From contig JASJCE010000003.1 of the NCBI GenBank assembly GCA_030066155.1, positions 3,258 through 67,257 on the forward strand: DNA of 64,000 nucleotides, in the 5' to 3' direction. Positions 1-10,244 of this stretch are shown here, piece by piece (the stretch's first letter is position 1; the number at the start of each line of letters is the position of its first letter). The translations under genes were made by a program, and so were the position numbers. This stretch comes from Desulfobacterales bacterium. Its GTDB lineage: Bacteria > Desulfobacterota > Desulfobacteria > Desulfobacterales > JAFDCJ01. The notes under the pieces were generated by a model. That model was not told where the DNA came from and searched no databases. It saw nothing but the letters and a program-made list of their open reading frames with translations.

Positions 1-486
1 AAAACCGGTTTTGGTGTGCCGAACCTCACAGCCATCAAAAATTGCTCCCGGGTGGATCGTTCGGTGGTTGCCGATGGTGGTATCCGGTATGCAGGCGATA
101 TCGTCAAAGCCCTGGCATTCGGTGCCGATTTTGTCATGATCGGCAGCATGCTCGCGGGCACCCGGCCGACACCCGGTCCGGTCGTCACCCGGAAAGAGGC
201 TGACGGCCGGGAAAGGAAAGTGAAAATGTACCGGGGTATGGCCAGCAGCGAAGTTCAGGAGGAATACCACGGTGGTGTCGCCGAGTGGAAAACGTCGGAG
301 GGGATATCAACTGAAGTCGCTTACCGTGAGGACGAAGATGAGATTATCGCCGACATCATCGGCGGCCTGCGCTCGGGCCTGACCTACGGCGGAGCCGCCA
401 CCATCGAAGAACTGCAGCGGAAACTGGATTATATCGAAATCACTCCCGCCGGACGCACGGAAAGTTTGCCGCATCGGATTATTTAA
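1..486 (+). CDS. IMP dehydrogenase / GMP reductase family protein, C-terminal part (5' truncated by window)
   Basis: Frame open from base 1 (KTGFGVPN...); motifs VADGGIR, ALAFGADFVMIGSMLAG, YRGMAS, GLRSGLTYGGA. Confidence 0.9.
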   Translation, partial: KTGFGVPNLTAIKNCSRVDRSVVADGGIRYAGDIVKALAFGADFVMIGSMLAGTRPTPGPVVTRKEADGRERKVKMYRGMASSEVQEEYHGGVAEWKTSEGISTEVAYREDEDEIIADIIGGLRSGLTYGGAATIEELQRKLDYIEITPAGRTESLPHRII

Positions 487-512
487 AATCGAAATAATAA
501 GGAGAATTTATC

Positions 513-1094
513 ATGATCAAAAAACTTATTTTGGCCGTTTTCGTCGTCAGCCTTGTGACACAGGCAAAATTAAGCCAGGGCGAGAATTTGACCTTTAGAA
601 ATTCCGAATGGGGTATGACCAAAGACCAGGTAACTGCCTCGGAAAGCAGTTTAGATCCGGTCTCGGTCAATGGTCAATCAATTACATATAAAACACAAAT
701 TTTGGGCAAAAATGTTGAATTGTTGTATTTATTTTCTCAAAACAAGCTCATCGGGACGGCCTACAAACTCGATGATAATTATTTGAACTCCAACCATTTT
801 TTAAATACCTACAAGAGATTCAAAACAGCCCTGACCCGCAAATACGGTCAGCCTCAAAATGAAGACACCACATGGACGGACAATACCTTCAAGAACGTAA
901 GCCTTAAAAGAGGGCTTGCCCTCAGCCTGGGTCATACCGAATATCTCTCCAAATGGGAGACGCCGCAAACCATGATCAAACTGAGCCTGAAAGAAGAAAA
1001 CTATCATGTGCATTGTTTGATCGAATATTGGAGCAAGAAATATACCTATATGCCCGAAGAAACCTCAAAAGAAGATATTTTGGATCCGTTTTAA
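513..1094 (+). CDS. Secreted hypothetical protein
   Basis: RBS GGAG, N-terminal signal-peptide-like segment, FRNSEWGMT motif; 193 aa. Confidence 0.75.
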   Translation: MIKKLILAVFVVSLVTQAKLSQGENLTFRNSEWGMTKDQVTASESSLDPVSVNGQSITYKTQILGKNVELLYLFSQNKLIGTAYKLDDNYLNSNHFLNTYKRFKTALTRKYGQPQNEDTTWTDNTFKNVSLKRGLALSLGHTEYLSKWETPQTMIKLSLKEENYHVHCLIEYWSKKYTYMPEETSKEDILDPF

Positions 1095-1145
1095 TTTATC
1101 CGCCCTGAAAAATGGCAACTTCTGGGAATAAAAGGGATAAGGTGA

Positions 1146-2324
1146 ATGCCCAAAAAGATTGCTGCGATAGCGATTATTGTTCTGCTGTTGGCGTATTTTA
1201 TCACATTGATTTTGCACGTATCGGCCCACGATGACCAGTATCTGTGGGATTTTCGCACCCATCGTGAGGCCGGCAGACTTCTGGCTTCGGGTTCAAATCC
1301 CTATGATGCAGATATCCTCTCACCCCAAGCCCGCACGACTTTTTTATACACCTACCCGCCGGTGACGCTTTTCTTTTATCGCCTGTTTGCCATTCCGGAT
1401 TACCGCACCGCCTTTCACATTTTTTTGATCGGGAAGCTTGTGTTGCTGATCGGCCTGGTTTATTTCTGGCAGAGGGAATTTCTCAAGGAAAGCGGTGATA
1501 CCCTGTTTTACATTTTCTGTCTGCTGGCTTTTAACAGCGCCATCTTTCTGGACATGATCGCGGGCAATATCAACCTGGTTCAGCAGGCCTTGCTGTGGCT
1601 CGGGTTCAGCTTTTATATCAAGGCCCGATATACACTTTTTTGCCTGTTTATACTGATTGCGGCCAGCTTCAAAATGACACCGATTTTCTTTTTGATCCTC
1701 ATGCTGCTGCCGGATGGTAAAAATAAATTCAAGTATTTCTTTGGCGCAGGGGCCGCGTTTCTGGTCTATTTGCTGGGTCAGTTCTTAATCGTTCCGGATC
1801 TGTTTACCGGATTTATCAAGAATGCCCTGATTGTCGTGGGCGAAAAAGGTGAAGTAGTGCCGTCAACCAATAAATTGATTGCCGCTGTCGTTGAGATGAT
1901 GGCGGGAATTGCCGGGTCGCCGCCACCACAGGCCTTGGCCTCCGCATTCTTTCTAACAGCCGCTGCGGGTGTGGTTTTTTTCTCGTACAAAGCCTGCGTG
2001 CGGTTAAGATTGGCAGATAGGGACACCCGATCAATGATGGAAGTCTTTATGGTGTGCCTCGTCTATGCCTTGATTCACCCACGCTTCAAGGACTACGGGT
2101 ATATTCTGCTGCTGGTGCCGAGCTACTATATTATCAAGAATACAGCATACACCAAACTCGCACCCTTTCTATTTATTCTGTTTATCATGTCCAATCGTCT
2201 CATGCTGCCGATTGCCGCCTCAATTTACGACATTGTCTGGACCTACTACCCGCTAATGGTCGCATACTGTGTGTGGGGGCTATATTTAAACCTCATATTT
2301 TCTCGCGAAGCGCCAAAAACGTAA
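1146..2324 (+). CDS. GT87 / DUF2029-like polytopic membrane glycosyltransferase
   Basis: Multiple TM helices; motifs WDF...NPY, YTYPP, GNIN, FKMTP. Confidence 0.75.
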   Translation: MPKKIAAIAIIVLLLAYFITLILHVSAHDDQYLWDFRTHREAGRLLASGSNPYDADILSPQARTTFLYTYPPVTLFFYRLFAIPDYRTAFHIFLIGKLVLLIGLVYFWQREFLKESGDTLFYIFCLLAFNSAIFLDMIAGNINLVQQALLWLGFSFYIKARYTLFCLFILIAASFKMTPIFFLILMLLPDGKNKFKYFFGAGAAFLVYLLGQFLIVPDLFTGFIKNALIVVGEKGEVVPSTNKLIAAVVEMMAGIAGSPPPQALASAFFLTAAAGVVFFSYKACVRLRLADRDTRSMMEVFMVCLVYALIHPRFKDYGYILLLVPSYYIIKNTAYTKLAPFLFILFIMSNRLMLPIAASIYDIVWTYYPLMVAYCVWGLYLNLIFSREAPKT

Positions 2325-2419
2325 AGTTAATAATACTTATCACACTTGCAATGGGATGGCGGGGTATTAGGTTTAGGTATTGGAATTTTAGGCTAATTTC
2401 TCTTAAAAGGAGCAATTGA

Positions 2420-2662
2420 ATGCTTCGAATAGCTAAACAAACCCGCTTGAAACCCGTTGGCATTATCGATCGGGCTGTGAAATTTTTCGGTGAAGGCGGT
2501 GAAGGACTGAGGGAGACGGAACGAGGCTCGTGCTGTATTTCCTTTGAGGGCATCGGTGGTTACGTAGCTGTTTCGGTGGTAGATGAAGACCGGCACCGAA
2601 CGGTTGATGTCGAAACCCGCGAGTTTGAGTATCAGGCAAAGCAATTTCTGCAAAAACTGTAG
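2420..2662 (+). CDS. Small hypothetical protein
   Basis: AGGAG RBS, 80 aa globular-looking ORF. Confidence 0.7.
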   Translation: MLRIAKQTRLKPVGIIDRAVKFFGEGGEGLRETERGSCCISFEGIGGYVAVSVVDEDRHRTVDVETREFEYQAKQFLQKL

Positions 2663-2720
2663 TCCCGATCTGATAAACAAGATTGTTCCCGATACTGGAA
2701 TTTCGATTTCGTAACCATAT

Positions 2721-3863
2721 TTAAAGGCCCAAAAACTTGGCCGCGATCCCTTTCATGATTTCGTTCGTTCCGGCGAAAATGGTCATGATTTTCGCGTCCC
2801 GCCAGGCCCTGACGATTTGACATTTTTCCGACATGGCAAAATCGCCACACAAATCCAGGGCGCGATCGGCAACACGGTTCAGCATCTCGGAAGTCCAGTA
2901 TTTGGCCATGGACGTTTCGATCACAATGTTCTTCTTTTCAATGTGATCGGCCACCAGCTTATCGACAAAGGTTCTGCCGAGCTTTACCTCCGTCGCCATT
3001 TCCACCAGGGCAAACTGAACTGCCTGGGATTTCGCAAGCGGTTTACCCGAAACCGTCGTTTGCTTGCAGTGTTCCAAAATCCATTCCTGAATACGTTCAG
3101 CGCCGGCAACGGCCATAATGGCGCATATCAGACGCTCCTGCTGAAGCTTATCCATCAGCATCAGAAAGCCCGTGCCTTTTTGGCCGATCCGATTTCCCCT
3201 GGGAATGCGGCATTTGGAGAAAAAAAGCTCGGCTGTATCCTGGCTCCACATGCCCATTTTTTCGAGCAGACGCCCCCGCTCAAAACCGGGAGTTCCGGAT
3301 TCAACCAAATACAGGGATAGCGCCTCGTGGGAATTCTCCTCCGCCGGATCCCGGGCAGCCACCACGACCAGGTCGGCATTCAATCCGTTGGAGATAAAGA
3401 TCTTTGAGCCATCGATGACAACTTCTCCGCCTTCTTCGACCGCGGCCGTGGTCATTGCGGCCAGATCACTGCCGGCTCCGGGCTCTGTCATTGCTACGGC
3501 CGTGACAAACTCGCCGGAAACACATCCGGGAAGATATTTCCTTTTGAGTGCTTCCGAACCGAACGAATTGATGTAGGGTACGACAATATCACTGTGCAAC
3601 GACGCCAACAGTCCGGTTTGCCGGGTTTTGGTCATTTCCTCGGCGACGATTAGAGAATACAGAAAATCTCCGCCCAGCCCACCGTATTCCGGCGCCACGT
3701 CGGTACATAAAAATCCGGCTTGCCCCATGTTGCGCCACACACTTTTGGGAACGATTTTATCCGCCTCCCACTGGTCGGCATAAGGCGTCACTTCCTCAGC
3801 CAGAAAATCCTGCAGGCGCTGACGAAAATTGTTATGCGCCGGGGTATATTTCAAGATCTCCAT
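2721..3863 (-). CDS. Acyl-CoA dehydrogenase (LCAD-type)
   Basis: AMTEPGAGSD, GSKIFISNG, KMG..SQDTAELFF, QQERL, IFAGTNEIMK; start placed at MEILKY rather than the ORF-track start. Confidence 0.93.
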   Translation of the reverse strand: MEILKYTPAHNNFRQRLQDFLAEEVTPYADQWEADKIVPKSVWRNMGQAGFLCTDVAPEYGGLGGDFLYSLIVAEEMTKTRQTGLLASLHSDIVVPYINSFGSEALKRKYLPGCVSGEFVTAVAMTEPGAGSDLAAMTTAAVEEGGEVVIDGSKIFISNGLNADLVVVAARDPAEENSHEALSLYLVESGTPGFERGRLLEKMGMWSQDTAELFFSKCRIPRGNRIGQKGTGFLMLMDKLQQERLICAIMAVAGAERIQEWILEHCKQTTVSGKPLAKSQAVQFALVEMATEVKLGRTFVDKLVADHIEKKNIVIETSMAKYWTSEMLNRVADRALDLCGDFAMSEKCQIVRAWRDAKIMTIFAGTNEIMKGIAAKFLGL

Positions 3864-3918
3864 GATTTTTACCTGCCCGGAAAATTTTAAAGAGTAAGTC
3901 GGAATTGTGCGGCATAAT

Positions 3919-4117
3919 GAGCGCTGCGCTTGAGGAGCGCTGCGCTGAATAAGCGTTTCACTTGAAGAGCGCTTTGCTAAAGAGTCGCTGCGCTTGAGGG
4001 CAGTAAGTCGGCTATAAGGCTTTTGAGCTTCAAGGCCTGAAAGGCCGCTCTTCAAACCGCCGCAGGCAGAGCTCATCAAGGCCGCCAGGCCGCTCCTCAA
4101 GGCCCTTGGGCCGCTCA
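3919..4117. repeat. REP-like GC-rich intergenic repeat
   Basis: Repeated GAGCGCTGCGCT units on the left and GCCGCTC(C/T)TCAA units on the right, partly complementary. Confidence 0.55.
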
Positions 4118-4120
4118 TGG

Positions 4121-5332
4121 CTATTCGCCGTATCGCCCCACTATCGCTACACTGCTCACATTCATGGCCGGGAAACCGCCCAGATTGTGGGTCAGGCCGA
4201 ATCTGGGATCTTCGATCTGACGATCGCCGGCCTTGCCGTGAAACTGCAGATACATTTCATACAACATTCTCAATCCCGATGCACCGATGGGATGTCCGAA
4301 GCACTTCAATCCCCCGTCCACCTGACAGGGCGTTTGACCCTCCCGATCGAACACGCCATCCATGACATCCTTGTAAGCCTGCCCCCTTTCCGAAATATGC
4401 AGGTCCTCCATGGTAACCAGCTCCGTAACGGAGAAGCAATCGTGCACCTCCATCATGCTGATCTCGGCTCTTGGATTCGATATTCCCGCTTCCTGGTAAG
4501 CCCGGGTGCTGCACTTGCTGGTCGTGACGAAATGATCCCCATCCCAATCATTGTATCCCATCTCCGCTCCGCTGCTAAGCGCCAGCTGAAGGGCCTTGAC
4601 GCTGATAAACCCCTTTTTCCCGAGATCTCTGGCTTTTTCCGGGGTTGTCACAATCGCACAGGCGGCACCGTCACTGACCCCGCAACAGTCATACAGCCCC
4701 AGCGGGTGGGCAATGATGGGAGCTGACATGACCTGGTCTTCGGAAACAGCCTTGCGCAAATGCGCCTTGGGATTCAGCACGGCGTTGGCGTGGCTCTTGA
4801 CTGACACATGCGCCATGGCCCGTTTTAGGTCATGATCCGGAATTTTGTACTTGGCAGCATAGGCGCTGGCCAGTTGCGCAAAGGCACCGGGGGCTGTCAT
4901 GTTCGGAAACCATTGCCAGTTGAGGCTGCCCGAATCGGACCCCACAAAGCTGGGTAATCCCCCGAATCCGATGTCCTTGAGCTTTTCAACCCCCAATGCC
5001 AGGGCGACATCGTAGGCACCGGAAGCCACCGCGTAACAGGCCCCCCTGAACGCCTCGGTGCCGGTTGCGCAATAATTTTCGACGCGCGTCACCGGAATAT
5101 TGGACAGCCGCAGGGTCAACGACAGCGGCAGGGCACTGTGCCCGACGTTGATGCTGTCAAAGCAGGTCCCGAGCCAGGCGGCTTCGATATCCGTCTTTTC
5201 GATTCCGGCATCCTCAAGGCACTCCTTGAAGGCTTCGACCATCAACTCCTCAGCCCCCGCATCCCAGCGCTCACCGAAGCGCGTACACCCCATGCCGATG
5301 ATTGCAACCTTGTCTTTAATTCCGGTCGCCAT
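4121..5332 (-). CDS. Thiolase, SCP-x/archaeal type (acetyl-CoA acetyltransferase)
   Basis: VENYCATG (catalytic Cys), NPKAHL, EVHDCF, GHPIGASG. Confidence 0.92.
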   Translation of the reverse strand: MATGIKDKVAIIGMGCTRFGERWDAGAEELMVEAFKECLEDAGIEKTDIEAAWLGTCFDSINVGHSALPLSLTLRLSNIPVTRVENYCATGTEAFRGACYAVASGAYDVALALGVEKLKDIGFGGLPSFVGSDSGSLNWQWFPNMTAPGAFAQLASAYAAKYKIPDHDLKRAMAHVSVKSHANAVLNPKAHLRKAVSEDQVMSAPIIAHPLGLYDCCGVSDGAACAIVTTPEKARDLGKKGFISVKALQLALSSGAEMGYNDWDGDHFVTTSKCSTRAYQEAGISNPRAEISMMEVHDCFSVTELVTMEDLHISERGQAYKDVMDGVFDREGQTPCQVDGGLKCFGHPIGASGLRMLYEMYLQFHGKAGDRQIEDPRFGLTHNLGGFPAMNVSSVAIVGRYGE

Positions 5333-5352
5333 AATTTTTCCTCCGGAAAAAT

Positions 5353-5463
5353 TAGTTGAATAGTTGACTGGTTGATTAGAAAAATAGTTTAACTAGTCGA
5401 CTGCCAGGCGACCATTTGACCATTCAACTATTCAACCATTCGACTAATCAACTATTTGACTAT
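5353..5463. repeat. Imperfect 9-mer tandem repeats in inverted arrangement
   Basis: (TAGTTGAAT/TAGTTGACT)n facing (ATTCAACTA/ATTCGACTA)n; overlaps the 3' end of the upstream gene. Confidence 0.7.
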
Positions 5464-7840
5464 CATCCATCCCGGCTGGTCGAATTAGATCCATTATAGC
5501 AGTCTGGGCATCTTCAATCTCCCGGGCACCTTCAAGTGAATTGATTTTTTCCCAGTTGGCGTGAATCTGCTCGGGTGTGGGCATGTTCTCAGGTGTACCC
5601 AGTTGAGTTGTTGGCCCGGTGCAGATCGCCGCGCGGTTGAAATATCCCATGCCGCAGTTGAATATAAGCCCGGTTTCGCTACAATTTTCGCTGCACAAGT
5701 CCATCACCATCGGAACGACCAACTCCGGCTTTGATTTTGCAAAAAGATCCGGTGGCATGACATCCTCGGTCAACCGGGAGGCGGCAATCGGAGCCACTGT
5801 ATTGATCCGAATGTTGTAGTTGCAACCTTCCAGTTTCAGTGTATTCATCAAGCCGATGAGGGCCATTTTGGCGGCCGAGTAGTTGGTCTGCCCGAAATTA
5901 CCGTAGAGGCCGGCAGCCGAGGTCGTCAGTACAATCCGTCCGTAGCTGTTTGCTTTCATGATGGCCATAGCCGGCCGGGTAACATTATAGGCGCCGTTCA
6001 AATGAACATTCAATACGGCTTCCCAGTTTTCAGGTTCCATTTTCATGAAACTTTTGTCCCGTAAGATGCCGGCGTTGTTGATCAGAATATCCACACGCCC
6101 AAAAGCATTCAGTGCCGCCTGGACGACACGTTCGCCACCCCGGGGGCTGGCGACATTGTCGTAGTTAGCGATTGCCTGGCCCCCCATCCCGTTGATTTCG
6201 GCAACCACCTGATCGGCCGGCGCGGCCGACCCGTCCCCGCTGCCATCCCGGGCGCTCCCCAGATCATTGACGACAATCTTCGCGCCCCGCCTGGCCAGTT
6301 CAAGGGCATAAGCCTTGCCAAGCCCGGCACCGGCACCGGTGACAATCGCAACACGGTCATCGAAGCGGACCGCATCATTTGATACCCCTGCCCTCATCGT
6401 GGGAACCGCTTTCCAGAAATAATTGACAAAGCCGCGCTCCCGGTCAACGCTTTTGCGCCGGAACGCCATAGTGACCGGCAGCCCGACCTCGATTTCATCC
6501 AGTTCGCAGTCGGTAAAGTCCGCTGCCATGCGGCCGCCGCCATCAAATTGAACCATACCGTAAACGGCCGGCGGATCGACGGATACGGCCAGCAAATCGC
6601 CGGTAAACGTTTTGACTTTAGCCGGAACTTCCGCGAATTCATAGTCGTCCTGGCTGTAAAATGCGCCGCAGCCGGGGTTGACACAAATATCGGATTTCGG
6701 AAACTGAGGTGTGTCGCATTCCCGGCACCTGCCGCCGACCAGGCCCAGAATCATTTTGTTTTTGCGCCACAGTACAGTGGCAGCGGTCTGGGTCGGCGCT
6801 TCAGCCCGGATCCCCATTTCAGTTTTGATCAAATCGCGAAATTTGAGCCATTTGTGATAATTGTCAACGGGTTTCCGGTTTGCCAGCGATCCGGCGGTTC
6901 CGCTGCGACCCGGCAGTTTGAGAACATCTTCGGTCACCTCGAAATAGAGCGCATTGGCACCCTGGCCGAATCCGCACAGCAGAATTCGGTCGCCGGGCCG
7001 GGACTGCTCAAGAGCCGCTGCAAACATCACCAATGAGTGCGCCGCACCGGTCTCCCCGCAGACTTCATGCAGGTTGTCCGCCAGTTTCGCGGGATCGGCG
7101 CCAAGTTCCCGGGCGATTTTTTGATGATCGCCTTTAAAAAAACAGGGATAGACCAGTTTGTCGACATCATCCATATTGATGCCCAGCTTGTCGAACAGGC
7201 CGTTGATCACTTTGGGAATGAAAATCCCGTAACCGGCATCCCGTGTCCAGCGCTCCTCCCAGGTATAATCATATTTTTTATCTGCCCCGCGATAGTGATC
7301 GACAAAGTCGCTGGAAATAGAGTAGGAGCCCTTATACTCGGCAATGACATCCGTACATCCCACCGTCAAAGCACCGGCGCCGTCACCGAACCACATTTCA
7401 TAAAAATGGGCGGTTTTGGTTTCCCGCCGGTCGCCGGCCGCCACCAGGATATTTTTTCGTTCACCACTTGACACCGATTCAAGTGCGGTAATCAAGGCCG
7501 TTGTGGCAGCTTTCTGAGAGGCGGTGAAATCGGCCGTGATCAGGTCATCCCGCAGGTTAAGAGCGGCCGAGACAATTCCGGCGTTTTGGCGGTCGGCAAA
7601 CGGCAATGTGGTGGAAGCCAGATACAGAGCATCGAGTCCATCTTTGTTCATGCCGTTGAGACAATCCCGGGAGGCGGCCACAGCCATCGTAATTGAATCT
7701 TCATCCCAGTTGCACATGGATCGCTCGCCCTGGGCAACCATCACAATCGCCGGTGCGAACCACCCCATGGCCTGAAAAATGGCCATGCGGTCCAACCGTA
7801 AGCGGGGGATGTAGGCGCCGTAGGATGTGATGCCGACCAT
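5444..7840 (-). CDS. Triple fusion: HMG-CoA synthase-like + DUF35 (Zn-ribbon/OB-fold) + MFE-2-type SDR dehydrogenase
   Basis: MVGITSYGAYIP...DEDSITMAV, GDGAGAL; CREC..QFP..CVNPGC Zn ribbon and OB fold; TGAGAGLG, NNAGILRD, GNFGQTNYSAAK. Confidence 0.88.
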   Translation of the reverse strand: MVGITSYGAYIPRLRLDRMAIFQAMGWFAPAIVMVAQGERSMCNWDEDSITMAVAASRDCLNGMNKDGLDALYLASTTLPFADRQNAGIVSAALNLRDDLITADFTASQKAATTALITALESVSSGERKNILVAAGDRRETKTAHFYEMWFGDGAGALTVGCTDVIAEYKGSYSISSDFVDHYRGADKKYDYTWEERWTRDAGYGIFIPKVINGLFDKLGINMDDVDKLVYPCFFKGDHQKIARELGADPAKLADNLHEVCGETGAAHSLVMFAAALEQSRPGDRILLCGFGQGANALYFEVTEDVLKLPGRSGTAGSLANRKPVDNYHKWLKFRDLIKTEMGIRAEAPTQTAATVLWRKNKMILGLVGGRCRECDTPQFPKSDICVNPGCGAFYSQDDYEFAEVPAKVKTFTGDLLAVSVDPPAVYGMVQFDGGGRMAADFTDCELDEIEVGLPVTMAFRRKSVDRERGFVNYFWKAVPTMRAGVSNDAVRFDDRVAIVTGAGAGLGKAYALELARRGAKIVVNDLGSARDGSGDGSAAPADQVVAEINGMGGQAIANYDNVASPRGGERVVQAALNAFGRVDILINNAGILRDKSFMKMEPENWEAVLNVHLNGAYNVTRPAMAIMKANSYGRIVLTTSAAGLYGNFGQTNYSAAKMALIGLMNTLKLEGCNYNIRINTVAPIAASRLTEDVMPPDLFAKSKPELVVPMVMDLCSENCSETGLIFNCGMGYFNRAAICTGPTTQLGTPENMPTPEQIHANWEKINSLEGAREIEDAQTAIMDLIRPAGMDDSQIVD

Positions 7841-7926
7841 AATTGTTTTCTCCTCTATAATTGGGGTTGCCGGCAATGCCGCCCTGAAAAGCGGCCAGTC
7901 TGATCTTGGAAAAAACTATGCAAAAG

Positions 7927-8096
7927 CGAATGTCGAATATCGAATACTGAATATCGAATGTCGAAGGAATGTATTCTGTCTTTTTAAAAAGAATGAGCGG
8001 AGCCTCCGGCTCGTAGGGGTTGTAGCGCCTACGCCTCGGAGAGCGAAACCTCCCTTCGAAATTCTACGGTTCGATATTCGATATTCTGCGGTTTGC
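7927..8096. repeat. Heptamer tandem/inverted repeat element
   Basis: (GAATATC/GAATGTC)n on the left and (TTCGATA)n on the right around a central insert. Confidence 0.7.
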
Positions 8097-8132
8097 TTTT
8101 CTTCTTCAACCTGAATCTATCAGTTAATGTGC

Positions 8133-10244
8133 TTAATTGAATTTAAACAACTTCTCAATCAGCTGCGACTTCATAATATCCCCCTCGATTTTGAGCTTAC
8201 CGGAGGTGTAGGCCTGCATGGCAGGCAACTTGCCGTTCATCAAATCGAGGAAGTCTGAATCAATCATTTTTAAGGTGCAACTTGGCTTTTGATGGATTCC
8301 GGCGGACACGTCGCAGGAGGCGTCCTTTACGGAACTGTACCACTCTCCGCCCTGATCACCGTCAATTTTGAATTGAAACACGACATCAACGCCGGCGCTA
8401 ACATTTGCAATAAAAGCGCCCGGCATGGCATCGAATACTTCCGCAACTGTAGTAAACCCCGTGACCGATCCGTCTGCGTCCTCTGCCGGTCTCGTAAGTG
8501 CTGCCATCAAGTCTCCAACCTGTTCGGTCAAGTTGTGATAGGCTTTGGCTTCTTTCAAGCAAGATATTTCCGCCCATTGAGCCAGGATCTGTTCCGCTGT
8601 CGGAATATTAGCGCTATCCCCGACCACGGTTCCGCGTCCGGTTAAAACCGCCGACCGGTTGACACATCCCATCCCCACATTATAAATGTTTCCGGTTACC
8701 GGACACTGCTTGGAAACCAGGTACACCGCCATGGGCGCCACCAGCTCCGGTTTCAGATTCTGCAAGAATTCCGGCGGCAGGATGTCCTCGGTCAGTCGCG
8801 AAGCGGCCACCGGTGCAATGGCGTTGACCTTGATATCGTAATTCTCCCCCTCGAGCTTCAGGGAGTTCATCAACCCCACCAGACCCATTTTGGCAGCCGC
8901 ATAGTTTGTCTGCCCGAAATTGCCGTACAGGCCTGCAGCCGAGGTCGTCATCAGGATGCGGCCATAGCCTTTTTCTTTCATCACGGCAAAGGCTGGGTGC
9001 GACACGTTGTAGGCTCCGTGCAAATGCACATCCAGTACAGCCTGCCAGTTTTGCGGCTCCATCTTCAAAAAGCTCTTATCACGCAGGATGCCGGCATTAT
9101 TGATAAGAATATCGACGGTGCCAAACGTGTCCAGGGCGGCTTCTACGAGGCGCTTGCCGCCTGCCACGGTTGCAACATTTTCATAATTGGCGACACCTTC
9201 ACCGCCCAGGGCCTTAATCTCATCAACAACCTCATCAGCCGGGACTTTCGATCCTTCGCCGGTGCCGTCCCGCGCACCGCCCAGATCATTGACAACGACT
9301 TTGGCTCCCCGTTTGGCCAACTCGAGGGCATAGACCCGGCCAAGTCCGCCCCCGGCGCCGGTAATGACCGCCACCCGACCGTCAAAGCGGATTTGATCCC
9401 GGGGGATATCGCCGTATTCAAAAACGCCGTTATCGATCACAACTTCCCCGGTTTCGGCGTTGGTAATCCGCCACATGGCTTGCCCTTCGACTATTTTCCA
9501 GATGACGGTTTTGATGGGGGTGCCGGGATACAGCGGTTTTTTAAATCGACACGCAACTCTTCGCACCATTTGCGGTTTCCCGGGAACGATGGTGTCAATC
9601 AACGCCCGGCAGGCGTAGCCGTGGGTGCACAGGCCATGCATGATCGGCTTTTCAAAACCGGCCATCTCGGCGAATCCACGATCGACGTGAAGCTGGAAAA
9701 CATCGCCGGACAGCCGGAAAACCAGGGGTTGATCCTCAGGCGGTATCGCTTCAACGATGTAATCCGGATCTCGAACGGGAAATGTGAGTTCCTTGGCGGG
9801 CGCATTTTCGCCGCCAAAGCCGCCGTCCAAGCGGGAGAAAATCGTGACAATGCTGGTAAACAGTTTATCCCCGTTGGAATGTGAGGTTTCAAATTCAGCC
9901 ACGACCAGGGCACCCTTTTCGGCGCCCTTATCATAATAATGGGTGATCGCACCCTCTGTGATCAAGGTGCCTTCAGGTGGAATCGGGTGGTGGAAAATAA
10001 GCTCCTGTTCACCATGCAGCACACCGGCCAGATTGACATTGCTGACAGTCGCCAGATCGGCCATGAAGTCGTAAATGGTAACGATACCGAAGCTGGGAAT
10101 AACCTTGAGATCTTTTTCATAGCAGTATTCCAGATCGGCGAATCCTGCCCCGACCCCCAGGGCATATAGAACGGCGTCTTTCCAGGTATAATCCTTGTAG
10201 AAAGGACCTATTTTTTTCCCGATCGCATCCGGATTGAGGGCCAT
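8133..10244 (-). CDS. Multifunctional enzyme-2-like protein: hydratase-2 (double hot-dog/MaoC) + SDR + SCP2
   Basis: LYALGVGA, LHGEQ, RLSGD..LHVD, HGLCT; TGAGGGLG...YAAAK; C-terminal AYTSGKLKIEGD SCP2 signature. Confidence 0.9.
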   Translation of the reverse strand: MALNPDAIGKKIGPFYKDYTWKDAVLYALGVGAGFADLEYCYEKDLKVIPSFGIVTIYDFMADLATVSNVNLAGVLHGEQELIFHHPIPPEGTLITEGAITHYYDKGAEKGALVVAEFETSHSNGDKLFTSIVTIFSRLDGGFGGENAPAKELTFPVRDPDYIVEAIPPEDQPLVFRLSGDVFQLHVDRGFAEMAGFEKPIMHGLCTHGYACRALIDTIVPGKPQMVRRVACRFKKPLYPGTPIKTVIWKIVEGQAMWRITNAETGEVVIDNGVFEYGDIPRDQIRFDGRVAVITGAGGGLGRVYALELAKRGAKVVVNDLGGARDGTGEGSKVPADEVVDEIKALGGEGVANYENVATVAGGKRLVEAALDTFGTVDILINNAGILRDKSFLKMEPQNWQAVLDVHLHGAYNVSHPAFAVMKEKGYGRILMTTSAAGLYGNFGQTNYAAAKMGLVGLMNSLKLEGENYDIKVNAIAPVAASRLTEDILPPEFLQNLKPELVAPMAVYLVSKQCPVTGNIYNVGMGCVNRSAVLTGRGTVVGDSANIPTAEQILAQWAEISCLKEAKAYHNLTEQVGDLMAALTRPAEDADGSVTGFTTVAEVFDAMPGAFIANVSAGVDVVFQFKIDGDQGGEWYSSVKDASCDVSAGIHQKPSCTLKMIDSDFLDLMNGKLPAMQAYTSGKLKIEGDIMKSQLIEKLFKFN

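Noticed and set aside
3864-4118. 85-aa N-terminal extension of the acyl-CoA dehydrogenase in the ORF track
   Set aside because: It is the translation of an intergenic repeat; the recognisable protein starts at MEILKY (3863)
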